Part shown: piece by piece, positions 9,596 to 17,838 of the stretch | How positions within the stretch are numbered: the first letter of the stretch is position 1 | How the letters are laid out: the number at the start of each line of letters is the position of its first letter | Assembly (NCBI GenBank): GCA_945787785.1 | Contig: CALZIO010000005.1 | Span: forward strand, 26,921 to 90,920 | Length of the DNA stretch: 64,000 nucleotides | Direction of reading: 5' to 3' | Source: an uncultured Chromatiaceae bacterium | GTDB lineage: Bacteria > Pseudomonadota > Gammaproteobacteria > Tenderiales > Tenderiaceae | Made by a program: the position numbers and the translations under genes | The notes under the pieces: generated by a model | Told to the model about the DNA's origin: nothing | What the model saw: the letters and a program-made list of their open reading frames with translations, nothing else | Database searches by the model: none

Positions 9596-10516
9596 GTGCC
9601 TGACTTCGTCGTCAATGCGCGTAATCTGCGTAAGATTTACGCCGGTGAGGTTGTCGTCGATGATATCCAGTTAAATATTCGGCGTGGTGAATGTTTTGGT
9701 CTGCTTGGCCCTAATGGTGCTGGAAAGACTACCACGCTGAGAATGTTGCTTGGTTTGACGCCGCCCGATGGCGGCGAACTGAACGTGCTCGGATTTGAGA
9801 TCCCACGCCAGGCGCGCCAGATGCATGCTCGCATGGGCCTGGTGCCACAGGGCGATAATCTCGATCCCGACTTCAGTGTTGCCCAAAACCTGCGCACCTA
9901 TGCCCGCTATTTTGGTATTCCCAGGAGCGAGCTCGATCAACGCCTGCCACAGTTATTGGCCTTTGCTTCGCTTGAGCACAAAGCTGATGCTGGGATTAGC
10001 ACTCTGTCGGGTGGCATGAAGCGCCGCCTGACCATGGCACGGGCGTTGGTGAATGATCCTGAGTTGGTGGTGCTGGATGAGCCGACCACCGGTTTGGATC
10101 CTCAGGCAAGGCAATTAATTTGGCAGCGGCTGCGAGAGTTGCTGGCCCAGGGCAAGAGTCTGATTCTGACTACGCATTACATGGATGAGGCGCAGCGTCT
10201 TTGCGACCGGCTGGCGATTATGGACAACGGCCACATTCTGGTAGAGGAGAGCCCCGCCGAATTGATCTGCCAGCACATCGAGCCGCAGGTGATTGAGGTC
10301 TTTGGTCCAGGGGTGGAGCAGTGGGGAGTCGATTGTGGTCGCAATTTGGCGCAGCGGTTGGAACAGGTGGGTGAAACCTTGTTCTGTTATGCCGAGGATG
10401 AACAGCCGGTGTTGGCTTCTTTACATCAATTCCCACAATTGCAGTTTATCCATCGCCGCGCCAATCTGGAGGATGTCTTTCTCAAACTCACCGGCAAGGA
10501 ATTGCGCGATGCCTGA
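9596..10516 (+). CDS. ABC transporter ATP-binding protein (ABC-2/NodI-like)
   Basis: Walker A GPNGAGKTT, signature LSGGMKRR, Walker B LVVLDEPT. GTG start 1 nt after the ferredoxin stop. Confidence 0.9.
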   Translation: MPDFVVNARNLRKIYAGEVVVDDIQLNIRRGECFGLLGPNGAGKTTTLRMLLGLTPPDGGELNVLGFEIPRQARQMHARMGLVPQGDNLDPDFSVAQNLRTYARYFGIPRSELDQRLPQLLAFASLEHKADAGISTLSGGMKRRLTMARALVNDPELVVLDEPTTGLDPQARQLIWQRLRELLAQGKSLILTTHYMDEAQRLCDRLAIMDNGHILVEESPAELICQHIEPQVIEVFGPGVEQWGVDCGRNLAQRLEQVGETLFCYAEDEQPVLASLHQFPQLQFIHRRANLEDVFLKLTGKELRDA

Positions 10517-11294
10517 TGGTAATTTCAGGCTGCCGCGTTTCAGTAGCCGCTGTTTGCCAGTCTGGCAACGTAATGCCCAGGTGTGGATTAAACTGTCCGG
10601 GCCATCGCTGGTGGGTAATTTTGGTGAACCGCTATTCTATTTATTAGCACTTGGCTATGGGTTAGGCAGTTTCATCGGAGAGGTCGATGGTCTGCCCTAC
10701 ATTGTGTTTCTCGCAACCGGTATCGTTTGTTCCAGTGCCATGAATACCGCTACTTTTGAGTGCCTCTACTCAGCTTATACGCGCATGAAAGTTCAGGAAA
10801 CCTGGGCGGCGATGATGGCAGCGCCGCTGAATCTGGATGATATCGTTCTTGGTGAAGTGCTGTGGGCGGGTACCAAGAGCCTGATCAGCGCGACGGCAAT
10901 CCTGTTGGTGGCGTCTTTGCTGGGGCTGGTGCATGGCTGGCAGGCTGTTGGGGTGCTGCCAGTGGCCTTTTTGCTGGGCTGTTGTTTTGGCGCCATGGCC
11001 TTGGTGGTGACAGCAATTTCACCCAGTTATGACTTTTTTCTCTACTATTTCACCTTGGTGATTACGCCTATGTTTCTGTTGAGCGGGGTGTTTTTTCCGC
11101 TGGACAGCGTGCCTGAGATGGTTCAGGTCGGGGTGCAGTTGCTGCCGTTGTACCATATCGTTGAAGTGGTGCGGCCACTCATGACCGGGCGGCCGCTGGA
11201 GGGTGTATTTGGTCATCTGCTAGTGCCATTGCTCTATGGCCTGGCTGCAATCTGGTTGGCGCTTGGCCTGTTGAGGCGAAGATTGTTGATTTAG
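10509..11294 (+). CDS. ABC-2 type transporter permease (NodJ-like)
   Basis: Six hydrophobic segments. The ATG at 10509 overlaps the ATPase stop (ATGCCTGA). The longer track ORF (from 10293) would overlap the ATPase by more than 200 nt and was rejected. Confidence 0.85.
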   Translation: MPDGNFRLPRFSSRCLPVWQRNAQVWIKLSGPSLVGNFGEPLFYLLALGYGLGSFIGEVDGLPYIVFLATGIVCSSAMNTATFECLYSAYTRMKVQETWAAMMAAPLNLDDIVLGEVLWAGTKSLISATAILLVASLLGLVHGWQAVGVLPVAFLLGCCFGAMALVVTAISPSYDFFLYYFTLVITPMFLLSGVFFPLDSVPEMVQVGVQLLPLYHIVEVVRPLMTGRPLEGVFGHLLVPLLYGLAAIWLALGLLRRRLLI

Positions 11295-11303
11295 TGGGAT
11301 TCA

Positions 11304-11483
11304 AGCCTGAATTTCTCATCACTCTCCTGCTGCGATCGCCGATCCATCTGATTTGACAGAGCGTTCTCCCTCCAGCCGGATTGACGTAGTGGCAACTACG
11401 CCTGCACCGTCTTCCGGTCCGAGCGCTCTGTCATATCAGCGCCTCGACACTCTCGCTACGAATAGTGATGAGAAATTCAGGCT
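11304..11483. repeat. 180-bp highly palindromic intergenic element (MITE/REP-like)
   Basis: Perfect 20-bp terminal inverted repeats AGCCTGAATTTCTCATCACT / AGTGATGAGAAATTCAGGCT. Inner inverted pair CTGATTTGACAGAGCG / CGCTCTGTCATATCAG. Central hairpin CGTAGT-ggca-ACTACG. Confidence 0.7.
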
Positions 11484-11567
11484 AAGGGCTTGTCGGGGGG
11501 CAGCTTCGCGTGTAAAATTCGCCGTCTTTCTTGAAATAGAACCATTTAGAGTTTTTGGAAATTATCG

Positions 11568-11996
11568 ATGAAAACGTTTAGTGCAAAACCTGCCGAAGTC
11601 AAACGCGACTGGTACGTGATTGATGCCGAAGGAAAAACCTTGGGTCGTATGGCAACAGAGATTGCCCGTCGTTTGCGTGGCAAGCACAAGGCCGAATATA
11701 CGCCGCATATAGATACAGGTGACTACATTGTCGTGGTTAACGCTGAAAAGGTTGCTGTGACTGGCAAAAAGCGTAGCGACAAAATGTATCATCGCCATAC
11801 TGGTTACATCGGTAATTTGAAATCAATCAGCTTTGAAAAGCTGATTGCCAGCAAGCCTGAGCAGGTAATTCAATTGGCGGTAAAAGGTATGATGCCTAAG
11901 GGTCCGCTTGGCCGCGCCATGCTGCGCAAGCTCAAGATCTATGCTGGCGCTGAACATAATCACACTGCCCAGCAGCCAAAGCAGCTGGAAATTTAA
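11568..11996 (+). CDS. rplM: 50S ribosomal protein L13
   Basis: [27 protein letters not shown]... is collinear with bacterial L13. 142 aa. Confidence 0.97.
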   Translation: MKTFSAKPAEVKRDWYVIDAEGKTLGRMATEIARRLRGKHKAEYTPHIDTGDYIVVVNAEKVAVTGKKRSDKMYHRHTGYIGNLKSISFEKLIASKPEQVIQLAVKGMMPKGPLGRAMLRKLKIYAGAEHNHTAQQPKQLEI

Positions 11997-12017
11997 TTAG
12001 GATAACGGGATCGAATC

Positions 12018-12410
12018 ATGGCAGACATGAATCAACTGTGCACAGGTCGTCGTAAAACTGCTGCTGCACGAGTTTTTATAAAACCTGGTAGTGGCAATAT
12101 CTCTATCAACAAGCGTACTATTGAACAATATTTCGGTCGCGAGACTTCGCGCATGATCGTGCGCCAACCGCTTGAGGCGGCAGATCTGCTCGATAAGTTA
12201 GATGTATCCATCACTGTTAAAGGTGGCGGTGCTAATGGTCAGGCGGGTGCAATTCGCCACGGTCTGGCACGCGCTCTGGTGCAATACAACGAAGAGCTAC
12301 GTCCAACGATGCGTCATGCCGGCTTCCTGACTCGCGACGCGCGTGAGGTTGAGCGTAAGAAGATCGGCCTGCATAAAGCGCGTAAGCGTCCACAGTTCTC
12401 CAAGCGTTAA
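12018..12410 (+). CDS. rpsI: 30S ribosomal protein S9
   Basis: [24 protein letters not shown]...[16 protein letters not shown] ... C-terminal [11 protein letters not shown]. 130 aa. Confidence 0.97.
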   Translation: MADMNQLCTGRRKTAAARVFIKPGSGNISINKRTIEQYFGRETSRMIVRQPLEAADLLDKLDVSITVKGGGANGQAGAIRHGLARALVQYNEELRPTMRHAGFLTRDAREVERKKIGLHKARKRPQFSKR

Positions 12411-12435
12411 TTGCTGCGCTGTTTGCTGTTTTGAG

Positions 12436-12468
12436 ATGCCGAAGCACCGAGGTGCTTCGGCATTTTTC
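12436..12468 (+). terminator. Rho-independent terminator of rplM-rpsI
   Basis: ATGCCGAAGCACC-ga-GGTGCTTCGGCAT followed by TTTTT. Confidence 0.85.
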
Positions 12469-12531
12469 TTTCCTGCTCAGTGAAAAGCCGGTTGCCAGCT
12501 TTCGGTGATCTGAGTATATTTTTTCTGTTAC

Positions 12532-12605
12532 TGGGGAATCGTCTAACGGCAGGACTACGGACTCTGACTCCGTCAATCAAGGTTCGAATCCTTGTTCCCC
12601 AGCCA
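12532..12605 (+). tRNA. tRNA-Gln (anticodon CUG)
   Basis: Hand-folded cloverleaf: acceptor TGGGGAA/TTCCCCA, anticodon arm ACGGA-CTCTGAC-TCCGT, T-arm with GGTTCGAATCC, 3' GCCA. Closely resembles E. coli tRNA-Gln. Confidence 0.9.
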
Positions 12606-12750
12606 AACCAGCAAGCCCGCCATCGGCGGGTTTCATTAATTTAAGGGATAAGGATGAGAGCCTTGGTTCGACAAAATCGCCGGGAGCGATTTTGAACAGT
12701 GGAGCGCAGCGACGCTGGCCCGAAGGGAGAGGCACAGGGATGTGCCGAAT

Positions 12751-12772
12751 AATCCTTGTTCCCCAGCCAAAC
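12751..12772 (+). repeat. 22-bp direct repeat of the tRNA-Gln 3' end (att-like remnant)
   Basis: AATCCTTGTTCCCCAGCCAAAC at 12751-12772 is identical to 12587-12608 inside and just after the tRNA. Confidence 0.8.
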
Positions 12773-12812
12773 TTTTTGAACCCCTTTTCTATAACTTGCT
12801 TTGGTTTTGTTG

Positions 12813-14382
12813 CTAGGAGCCTGTCGGATTTACCCATCCGGGGCAACGAGCCAGAACGCTAGCTCAAGGTCTGCCCCAGAATTTGCCTCAAGAAAACATG
12901 AGATGCACTGGGATACAGTAATTTGTTCGGGATAGAGCTCCCCCTGTTCATCCATCAGCCTACCAATGTATGCATTCGCTTTAGATTCCAGGCCATACAG
13001 ACTAAATTCCATTCACCTTGTGTCGCTTCCAATCCGCGAAGGTGAAAGCGCCGAAAGCCCAACACTTCTTTGATAATACCGAACACGGTTTCCACTGTGG
13101 ACTTGCGTTTGGCATAAATTGCCCGACCTTCAGTGGTGCGTAGCCGATATGCCATGGTGGTGACGGCATCGGTATCTTCCGGGCAGGGCGGTGCTGATGT
13201 TAACCGCTCCTCCAGTGGCCGGTTGTGACGTTCTCGGCTATCTGAAATGTACGGTGTCATATCGGCTCGCTCACACTGTTTGACGTTGTCTTCACTGTAA
13301 TAGCCGGCATCCGCTAACAACCCTTCGGGCTTACCCAGGGGGGCTTCAATTTCCTTTAACTGCGCTAAGGCGGGTTCAATTTGTTGTTTGTCGTTGGGCT
13401 GTTGTGTAATGTGGTTTTCGACGATTAGGTGGCTGTCGATATCGACCCCGGCCTGTGCGTTGTACGCCTGAATAAAGCCTTCTGAGGAAGGCATGATGCG
13501 CGACTCTTCGTCAGTGAAGTTAACCTGGTCTTTGTCCTGTGGCCCTTCTTTAGGCGGTTTGGGCACGCGGCCTCGATTCTTTTTCCCCGTCTCGGCCTCT
13601 TTGGCCGCGCGTTGCTTGAGTTTTTCTTCATACTCGGCCTGTTCGGCCTCAAACCGTTCGCGGGCGCGCCGCTCAATCTCGGCTTTGGCCTTCTCTATCT
13701 CGGCCAGCCGTGTTTCCCGGCGAGCCAGTTCATCGGGAATATCGATCTCTGGCTCATCTTCGGCATCGGCTTGCTCGGCTCGCTTAAGCAGTGTCTGGAC
13801 TTCTTGCTTAAGTTGTTCGTCCAGTTTATTGGCATATCCCCAACTTATCGCTTTATGTTTGCTTGCATTGGCTTTGATCTTGGTTCCATCCAGGCTCACT
13901 TTGCCCAGCTTAAGTACGCCCATGACTTTGGCCATGATCAGGATCTGAACAAATAGCCCTTCGAGCTCTTTGAGAAATCGCTTGCGGAAGGTGGCGATGG
14001 TGTCGTGGTCGGGGTGGCTATCGGCGGTGATAAAACGAAAGGCCACTGAATCATGAGTGGCCTGTTCGAGTTTGCGGCTGGAGAACACGCCTGTGGCGTA
14101 GCCGTAGAAAAGCAAGGAGACGAGTAATGCCGGATGGTAGGGCTGTTTCCCGCCACCGCCGTAACATTTTTCCAGCGTACTCAGATCCAACTGCTCCACA
14201 ATGTCGACGATGAAGCGGGCCAGGTGTTTTTCGGGAAGCCAATCTTGAATCGATGGTGGGAATAGATAGGTGCTATTTCGATTGATCGTCTGAAATTTAC
14301 CTGACATAGCAGTGCTCAATCCATTCTTTGGTAAGAGTCCCTATTTTACTGGATTTGACAGCTAAATCCGACAGACTCCTAG
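12813..14382 (-). mobile_element. IS1182-family insertion sequence (about 1570 bp)
   Basis: 19-bp terminal inverted repeats CTAGGAGCCTGTCGGATTT (12813-12831) and reverse complement CTAGGAGTCTGTCGGATTT (14364-14382), 18/19 identical. They enclose a single transposase ORF. Confidence 0.85.
12955..14307 (-). CDS. IS1182-family (IS5-like DDE) transposase
   Basis: N-terminal block YLFPPSIQDWLPEKHLARFIVDIV...GGGGKQPYHPALLVSLLFYGYATGVFSSRKLE, a central Lys/Glu-rich coiled coil, then a DDE region (SLDGTKIKANAS...LADAGYYS...). ATG at 14307 preferred over the TTG at 14319. Confidence 0.9.
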   Translation of the reverse strand: MSGKFQTINRNSTYLFPPSIQDWLPEKHLARFIVDIVEQLDLSTLEKCYGGGGKQPYHPALLVSLLFYGYATGVFSSRKLEQATHDSVAFRFITADSHPDHDTIATFRKRFLKELEGLFVQILIMAKVMGVLKLGKVSLDGTKIKANASKHKAISWGYANKLDEQLKQEVQTLLKRAEQADAEDEPEIDIPDELARRETRLAEIEKAKAEIERRARERFEAEQAEYEEKLKQRAAKEAETGKKNRGRVPKPPKEGPQDKDQVNFTDEESRIMPSSEGFIQAYNAQAGVDIDSHLIVENHITQQPNDKQQIEPALAQLKEIEAPLGKPEGLLADAGYYSEDNVKQCERADMTPYISDSRERHNRPLEERLTSAPPCPEDTDAVTTMAYRLRTTEGRAIYAKRKSTVETVFGIIKEVLGFRRFHLRGLEATQGEWNLVCMAWNLKRMHTLVG

Positions 14383-14713
14383 GTCGAATAATTATTTAGT
14401 AGTAATAATGGGTTACCTGATGGCGAGCGCCCTGACGGTAAGTCTGATTCATTCATGAAAATGTAATGCTTGGTCGCTACCATGCGCCCCTGCTTCAATA
14501 ATATTCTATTCAACACGTGTTGCTTTTCGCGCGGCTGGATTCAATAAATCCAGGTGTGATGATTGCGTTGTTGTAAATACACAACACATTAAATAACGCA
14601 CATAACATGTTGTTGTATTGAAAAATAGTTTGCATCTGGATCTGTGGTGTTGTATCGTTCACACGTCATATGACATTTTGACAACAAAACTAGTTAACTA
14701 GGGAGATTAAACA

Positions 14714-15805
14714 ATGCAAAAGAAATTAATTGCTCTGGCTGTTGCGGGTGTGCTTGCAGCACCTCTGGCGGCACAAGCGGCGGACGCAGAAGTTTATGGG
14801 AAGATGCGTCTTTCTGTGGGTTGGGTCGGAAATGACGACAGTAATGCAAACCGCGAAGACAGCAAGATGAGCCTGCAAAGCCATGCTTCACGCTTGGGGG
14901 TTAGGGGTTCTGAAGAAATTGGTGGTGGTACTAAGTTTACTTACCAGTTGGAAACCGCTATCAACATCGATGAGGCTGATTCTACCACCGGCCTGTGGGG
15001 TAGTATGCGTAACACTTATGTGGGTATCGGTGGTGAAACCTGGGGTGAAACCCGCTTTGGTCGTCATGACACTCCCTATAAAATCGCTACTGCCAAGCTG
15101 GACGTGTTTTCTGATACCCACGCTGATTATAATGCCATTATCGATCGCGGTAACGATCTGCGTTCTGACAATGTGCTTGCCTACTTGTCGCCAAACTGGA
15201 GCGGTTTTATGTTTGCGGCAGCGTATATCACCGATGCTGTAGATGACAGTCTGGTTGATACGACAGATTCTACTGCGATTGGTGGTACTACTCGTGAGCA
15301 GCCTGCGCTGAGTGGTGCTCTTATGTATGACAATGGTGCATTATTTGTCAGTCTTGCGTACCAGAGCATCCAGGAATCAGGCACCGCGGTTGGTACTAGC
15401 TACGAAGATACCGAAGCAACCAAATTTGGTATTGGTTATAACTGGGGTTCAGGCTCAGTAGGTTTGGTCTATGAAGGTGTTGACGCAGGTGGTCCAAGTG
15501 CCGACCAAAATAACACCTACATCGGTCTGGATCAGGGGTTTGGTTCAGGTAGTTCGGTACAGGTTGCGTGGGGTATGAAGGATGATGTGGGAAGCAGTGC
15601 CGATACCGGTGCCCAATATTTCGCCATTGGCCTCAAACAAGAGTTCAGCGAGACTGTTGAAACTTACATCTTGTACACTCAGCTAGACAGCGATAAGAAT
15701 GCTACCTACAATCTTGACTATGTTGGTGCTGCAGGTCCTGTTGGCGGAGAGCCTAGCGCAAATGCCTTCGCGCTTGGTGTTAACATGAAGTTCTCTTCAC
15801 TGTAA
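14714..15805 (+). CDS. General porin (Gram-negative trimeric porin family)
   Basis: Signal peptide ending AQAADAEVYGKMRLS. Alternating Gly/aromatic beta-strand pattern along 363 aa. AGGGAGA RBS. Confidence 0.85.
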   Translation: MQKKLIALAVAGVLAAPLAAQAADAEVYGKMRLSVGWVGNDDSNANREDSKMSLQSHASRLGVRGSEEIGGGTKFTYQLETAINIDEADSTTGLWGSMRNTYVGIGGETWGETRFGRHDTPYKIATAKLDVFSDTHADYNAIIDRGNDLRSDNVLAYLSPNWSGFMFAAAYITDAVDDSLVDTTDSTAIGGTTREQPALSGALMYDNGALFVSLAYQSIQESGTAVGTSYEDTEATKFGIGYNWGSGSVGLVYEGVDAGGPSADQNNTYIGLDQGFGSGSSVQVAWGMKDDVGSSADTGAQYFAIGLKQEFSETVETYILYTQLDSDKNATYNLDYVGAAGPVGGEPSANAFALGVNMKFSSL

Positions 15806-15827
15806 TATCGGTCGAGACCTTTATTCG

Positions 15828-15855
15828 ACGGGCGCCTTCGGGCGCCCGTTTTGTT
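15828..15855 (+). terminator. Rho-independent terminator of the porin gene
   Basis: ACGGGCGCC-ttcg-GGCGCCCGT followed by TTTGTTT. Confidence 0.85.
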
Positions 15856-15930
15856 TGTATGTGGCTATAATCAATAACAATTTTGCCACTGATGGGTGTT
15901 TAACAAATGTCTAACATTTCCATGTCTTGA

Positions 15931-15960
15931 TTGACAGATTTGCTGCTGCTGTGTTAGAAA
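15931..15960 (+). promoter_or_regulatory. Candidate sigma70 promoter of the cytochrome operon
   Basis: TTGACA (15931-15936), 18-nt spacer, TAGAAA (15955-15960), about 28 nt upstream of the first ATG. Pattern match only. Confidence 0.25.
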
Positions 15961-15987
15961 TCCGTTAATTGGCGGAGATTCGCAATA

Positions 15988-16803
15988 ATGATCAGGAACA
16001 GGGTTTGCCTGCTGGGGAGCATGCTGCTATTTATGGTGGCTGGTGCCGAGGCAGGTATTTTCAATACAAAACATAATCTGGGCAGTACCGGTCTCAATGC
16101 GGCCAGTACCTTCAGTGGTACGCGTGAGATTTGTGTCTTCTGTCATACTCCTCATGGTGGCAATGGTGAGGCCGCGGCTCCGATCTGGAACCGCAATCTC
16201 GATCCTAACGGATTTGCCACCTATGATCAGATGGGGACTACAACCCTGGATGCTGCCATAGAGCCTGTTGGTTCAGTTTCTCTCGCCTGTCTCTCTTGTC
16301 ATGACGGTACTCAAGCCATGGATGCGGTCCTGAATGAGCCGGGTTCTGGCCGTGATGTACCGGGTTTTTCGACTGGCTTATGGATTGGGCAAGCGGCGCC
16401 GGTGGAGGGCCGGATTGCACAACCTTTTGTAGCATCAAATCTGGGCAAAGACTTAACCAATGACCACCCGATAGGGGTGCAATATGCCGGGGGTGGTTAT
16501 TCATTAACTGCGCCTGCAGGGCCTGGATATGATACAGATTTTCATCCTGCTGCGTCTGAAATCACGGGTACAAGTCGCGTCTGGTGGGTGAATACGTTTG
16601 CCCCAGGCGGTACGGGTGCCTTTGAGCGTACCGATATGAAGCTCTATACCCGTGTTGGTAACCGCGGCGGGGCCTATGTAGGCGAAGAGCAGCCGTATGT
16701 CGAGTGTGCGTCATGTCATGATCCTCATGTAGATGATAAGCCCACCTTTCTTCGTATCGATCCTGTAGGCAGCCAGGTCTGTCTGACATGTCATAACAAA
16801 TAA
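15988..16803 (+). CDS. Tetrahaem c-type cytochrome (paired-CXXCH type)
   Basis: Signal peptide. 4 CXXCH motifs (CVFCHTPH, CLSCHDG, CASCHDPH, CLTCHNK). Conserved KHNL, PIWNR and DLTNDHPI blocks. Confidence 0.9.
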   Translation: MIRNRVCLLGSMLLFMVAGAEAGIFNTKHNLGSTGLNAASTFSGTREICVFCHTPHGGNGEAAAPIWNRNLDPNGFATYDQMGTTTLDAAIEPVGSVSLACLSCHDGTQAMDAVLNEPGSGRDVPGFSTGLWIGQAAPVEGRIAQPFVASNLGKDLTNDHPIGVQYAGGGYSLTAPAGPGYDTDFHPAASEITGTSRVWWVNTFAPGGTGAFERTDMKLYTRVGNRGGAYVGEEQPYVECASCHDPHVDDKPTFLRIDPVGSQVCLTCHNK

Positions 16804-16818
16804 TATTGGAATAGACTA

Positions 16819-17826
16819 ATGGGCCGGAGTAGGTTAAGGCTGTGGGGATTGTTGTTTTGCTTAATGCTCACGCTGGCCTTCTCTTGTGCCAGGGCTGATC
16901 AGTCTGACGAGCCTTATGCTCGTGTCAACGATAAAGTGCTCACCAAGGCGGAGCTCGAAACCGCTATCTATTTAGCGGTGCGTCAGCGTGTTTACCATGG
17001 CCGCATGGATGACAAGCGCCTTGAGTCTCTGCGTATCCAGGTTTTGGGTGAGTTGATCGATAGGATGCTGTTGCTTGATGAGGCCAGGCGCCGAGATATA
17101 AAAGTCGATTCAGGACAGCAAAAGCAGCTCTATCTGGAGTTGCAGCGCAGGTATGATGTGAAGTCGATGCCGGATGATCATCGTCAGCAGGTTGAGGCAG
17201 AGATGCGGAAGCGGGCTGAGGAGCAGGTCTTATTGCTCAAGATTGAATCCGATGTAAAATCAGTTGCGCAACCAGAAGATGATAAATTAAGGCTGTTTTA
17301 TAAAGAGAATCTTGATAAGTTTACAACACCGCCAAGATTGCGTTTATCGGTGATCTTATTGAAAGTTGCACCGTCGGCCCCTGTTAAGGCATGGCAGGCG
17401 GCTGAAGCTGAAGCAAAGCAGTTGCATAAAAAAATAGAGGCAGGTGCGAGTTTCGCTGATTTGGCCAGGTTGCACTCTGGGGATGCCTCGGCTGACAATG
17501 GTGGGGATTTGGGGTTTGTGCATCAGGGGATGTTGTCTCCAGAGGCGCAGCAGGCGGTTGAGAGTTTAGCAGTTGGGGAGCTGTCCGCGCCTACGATTTT
17601 ACTGCAGGGCGTGGCGTTATTTCGAATTGAGGGACGTCAAGAGGCAAAGGTTAATCCTTTTGAGCATGTCAGGGAGCGTGCTGCGGGATTGTGGCGGCGT
17701 GAACAGGCTGACAAGGCCTGGGAGGGTTTGTTGCGGTCATTACGCGCTAAGGCAATTATTGAAATCTACGATAATACTATGACAGCGGCAAAAATTTGGG
17801 CGCAAAAAGAAGATGTTGTCCAGTAA
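16819..17826 (+). CDS. Periplasmic peptidyl-prolyl cis-trans isomerase (SurA-N-like plus PpiC/parvulin domain)
   Basis: Signal peptide. Parvulin signature GGDLGFVHQGMLSPEAQQAV...GELSAPTILLQGVALFRI. Helical N-terminal chaperone-like region. Confidence 0.85.
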   Translation: MGRSRLRLWGLLFCLMLTLAFSCARADQSDEPYARVNDKVLTKAELETAIYLAVRQRVYHGRMDDKRLESLRIQVLGELIDRMLLLDEARRRDIKVDSGQQKQLYLELQRRYDVKSMPDDHRQQVEAEMRKRAEEQVLLLKIESDVKSVAQPEDDKLRLFYKENLDKFTTPPRLRLSVILLKVAPSAPVKAWQAAEAEAKQLHKKIEAGASFADLARLHSGDASADNGGDLGFVHQGMLSPEAQQAVESLAVGELSAPTILLQGVALFRIEGRQEAKVNPFEHVRERAAGLWRREQADKAWEGLLRSLRAKAIIEIYDNTMTAAKIWAQKEDVVQ

Positions 17827-17838
17827 AAATAATAATGT

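Noticed and set aside
10293-10508. Upstream extension of the ABC-2 permease ORF
   Set aside because: It would overlap the ATPase gene by 224 nt in another frame. An internal ATG at 10509 coupled to the ATPase stop codon gives a normal permease N-terminus.
11353-11571. 72-aa plus-strand ORF upstream of rplM
   Set aside because: It runs straight through the 180-bp palindromic element, has a non-ATG start and a low-complexity product. It is better explained as non-coding.
12606-12812. Intact genomic island or prophage at tRNA-Gln
   Set aside because: There are only about 140 bp between the direct repeats and no integrase or cargo genes. At most this is a scar.
12232-12846. Minus-strand ORFs of 114 aa and 89 aa
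   Set aside because: They overlap the 3' end of rpsI, its terminator, the tRNA-Gln gene and the att-like repeat. They have no motifs.
13425-13956. Several 83-151-aa ORFs on both strands inside the transposase gene
   Set aside because: They arise from the Lys/Glu/Ala-rich coiled-coil-coding segment of the transposase and have low-complexity products.
14520-14700. Repeated TGTTGT-containing motifs (e.g. GTTGTAAATACACAAC) upstream of the porin gene as a Crp/OmpR-type operator
   Set aside because: It is only an imperfect palindrome that does not match the TGTGA-N6-TCACA consensus. I cannot support a specific regulator site from sequence alone.
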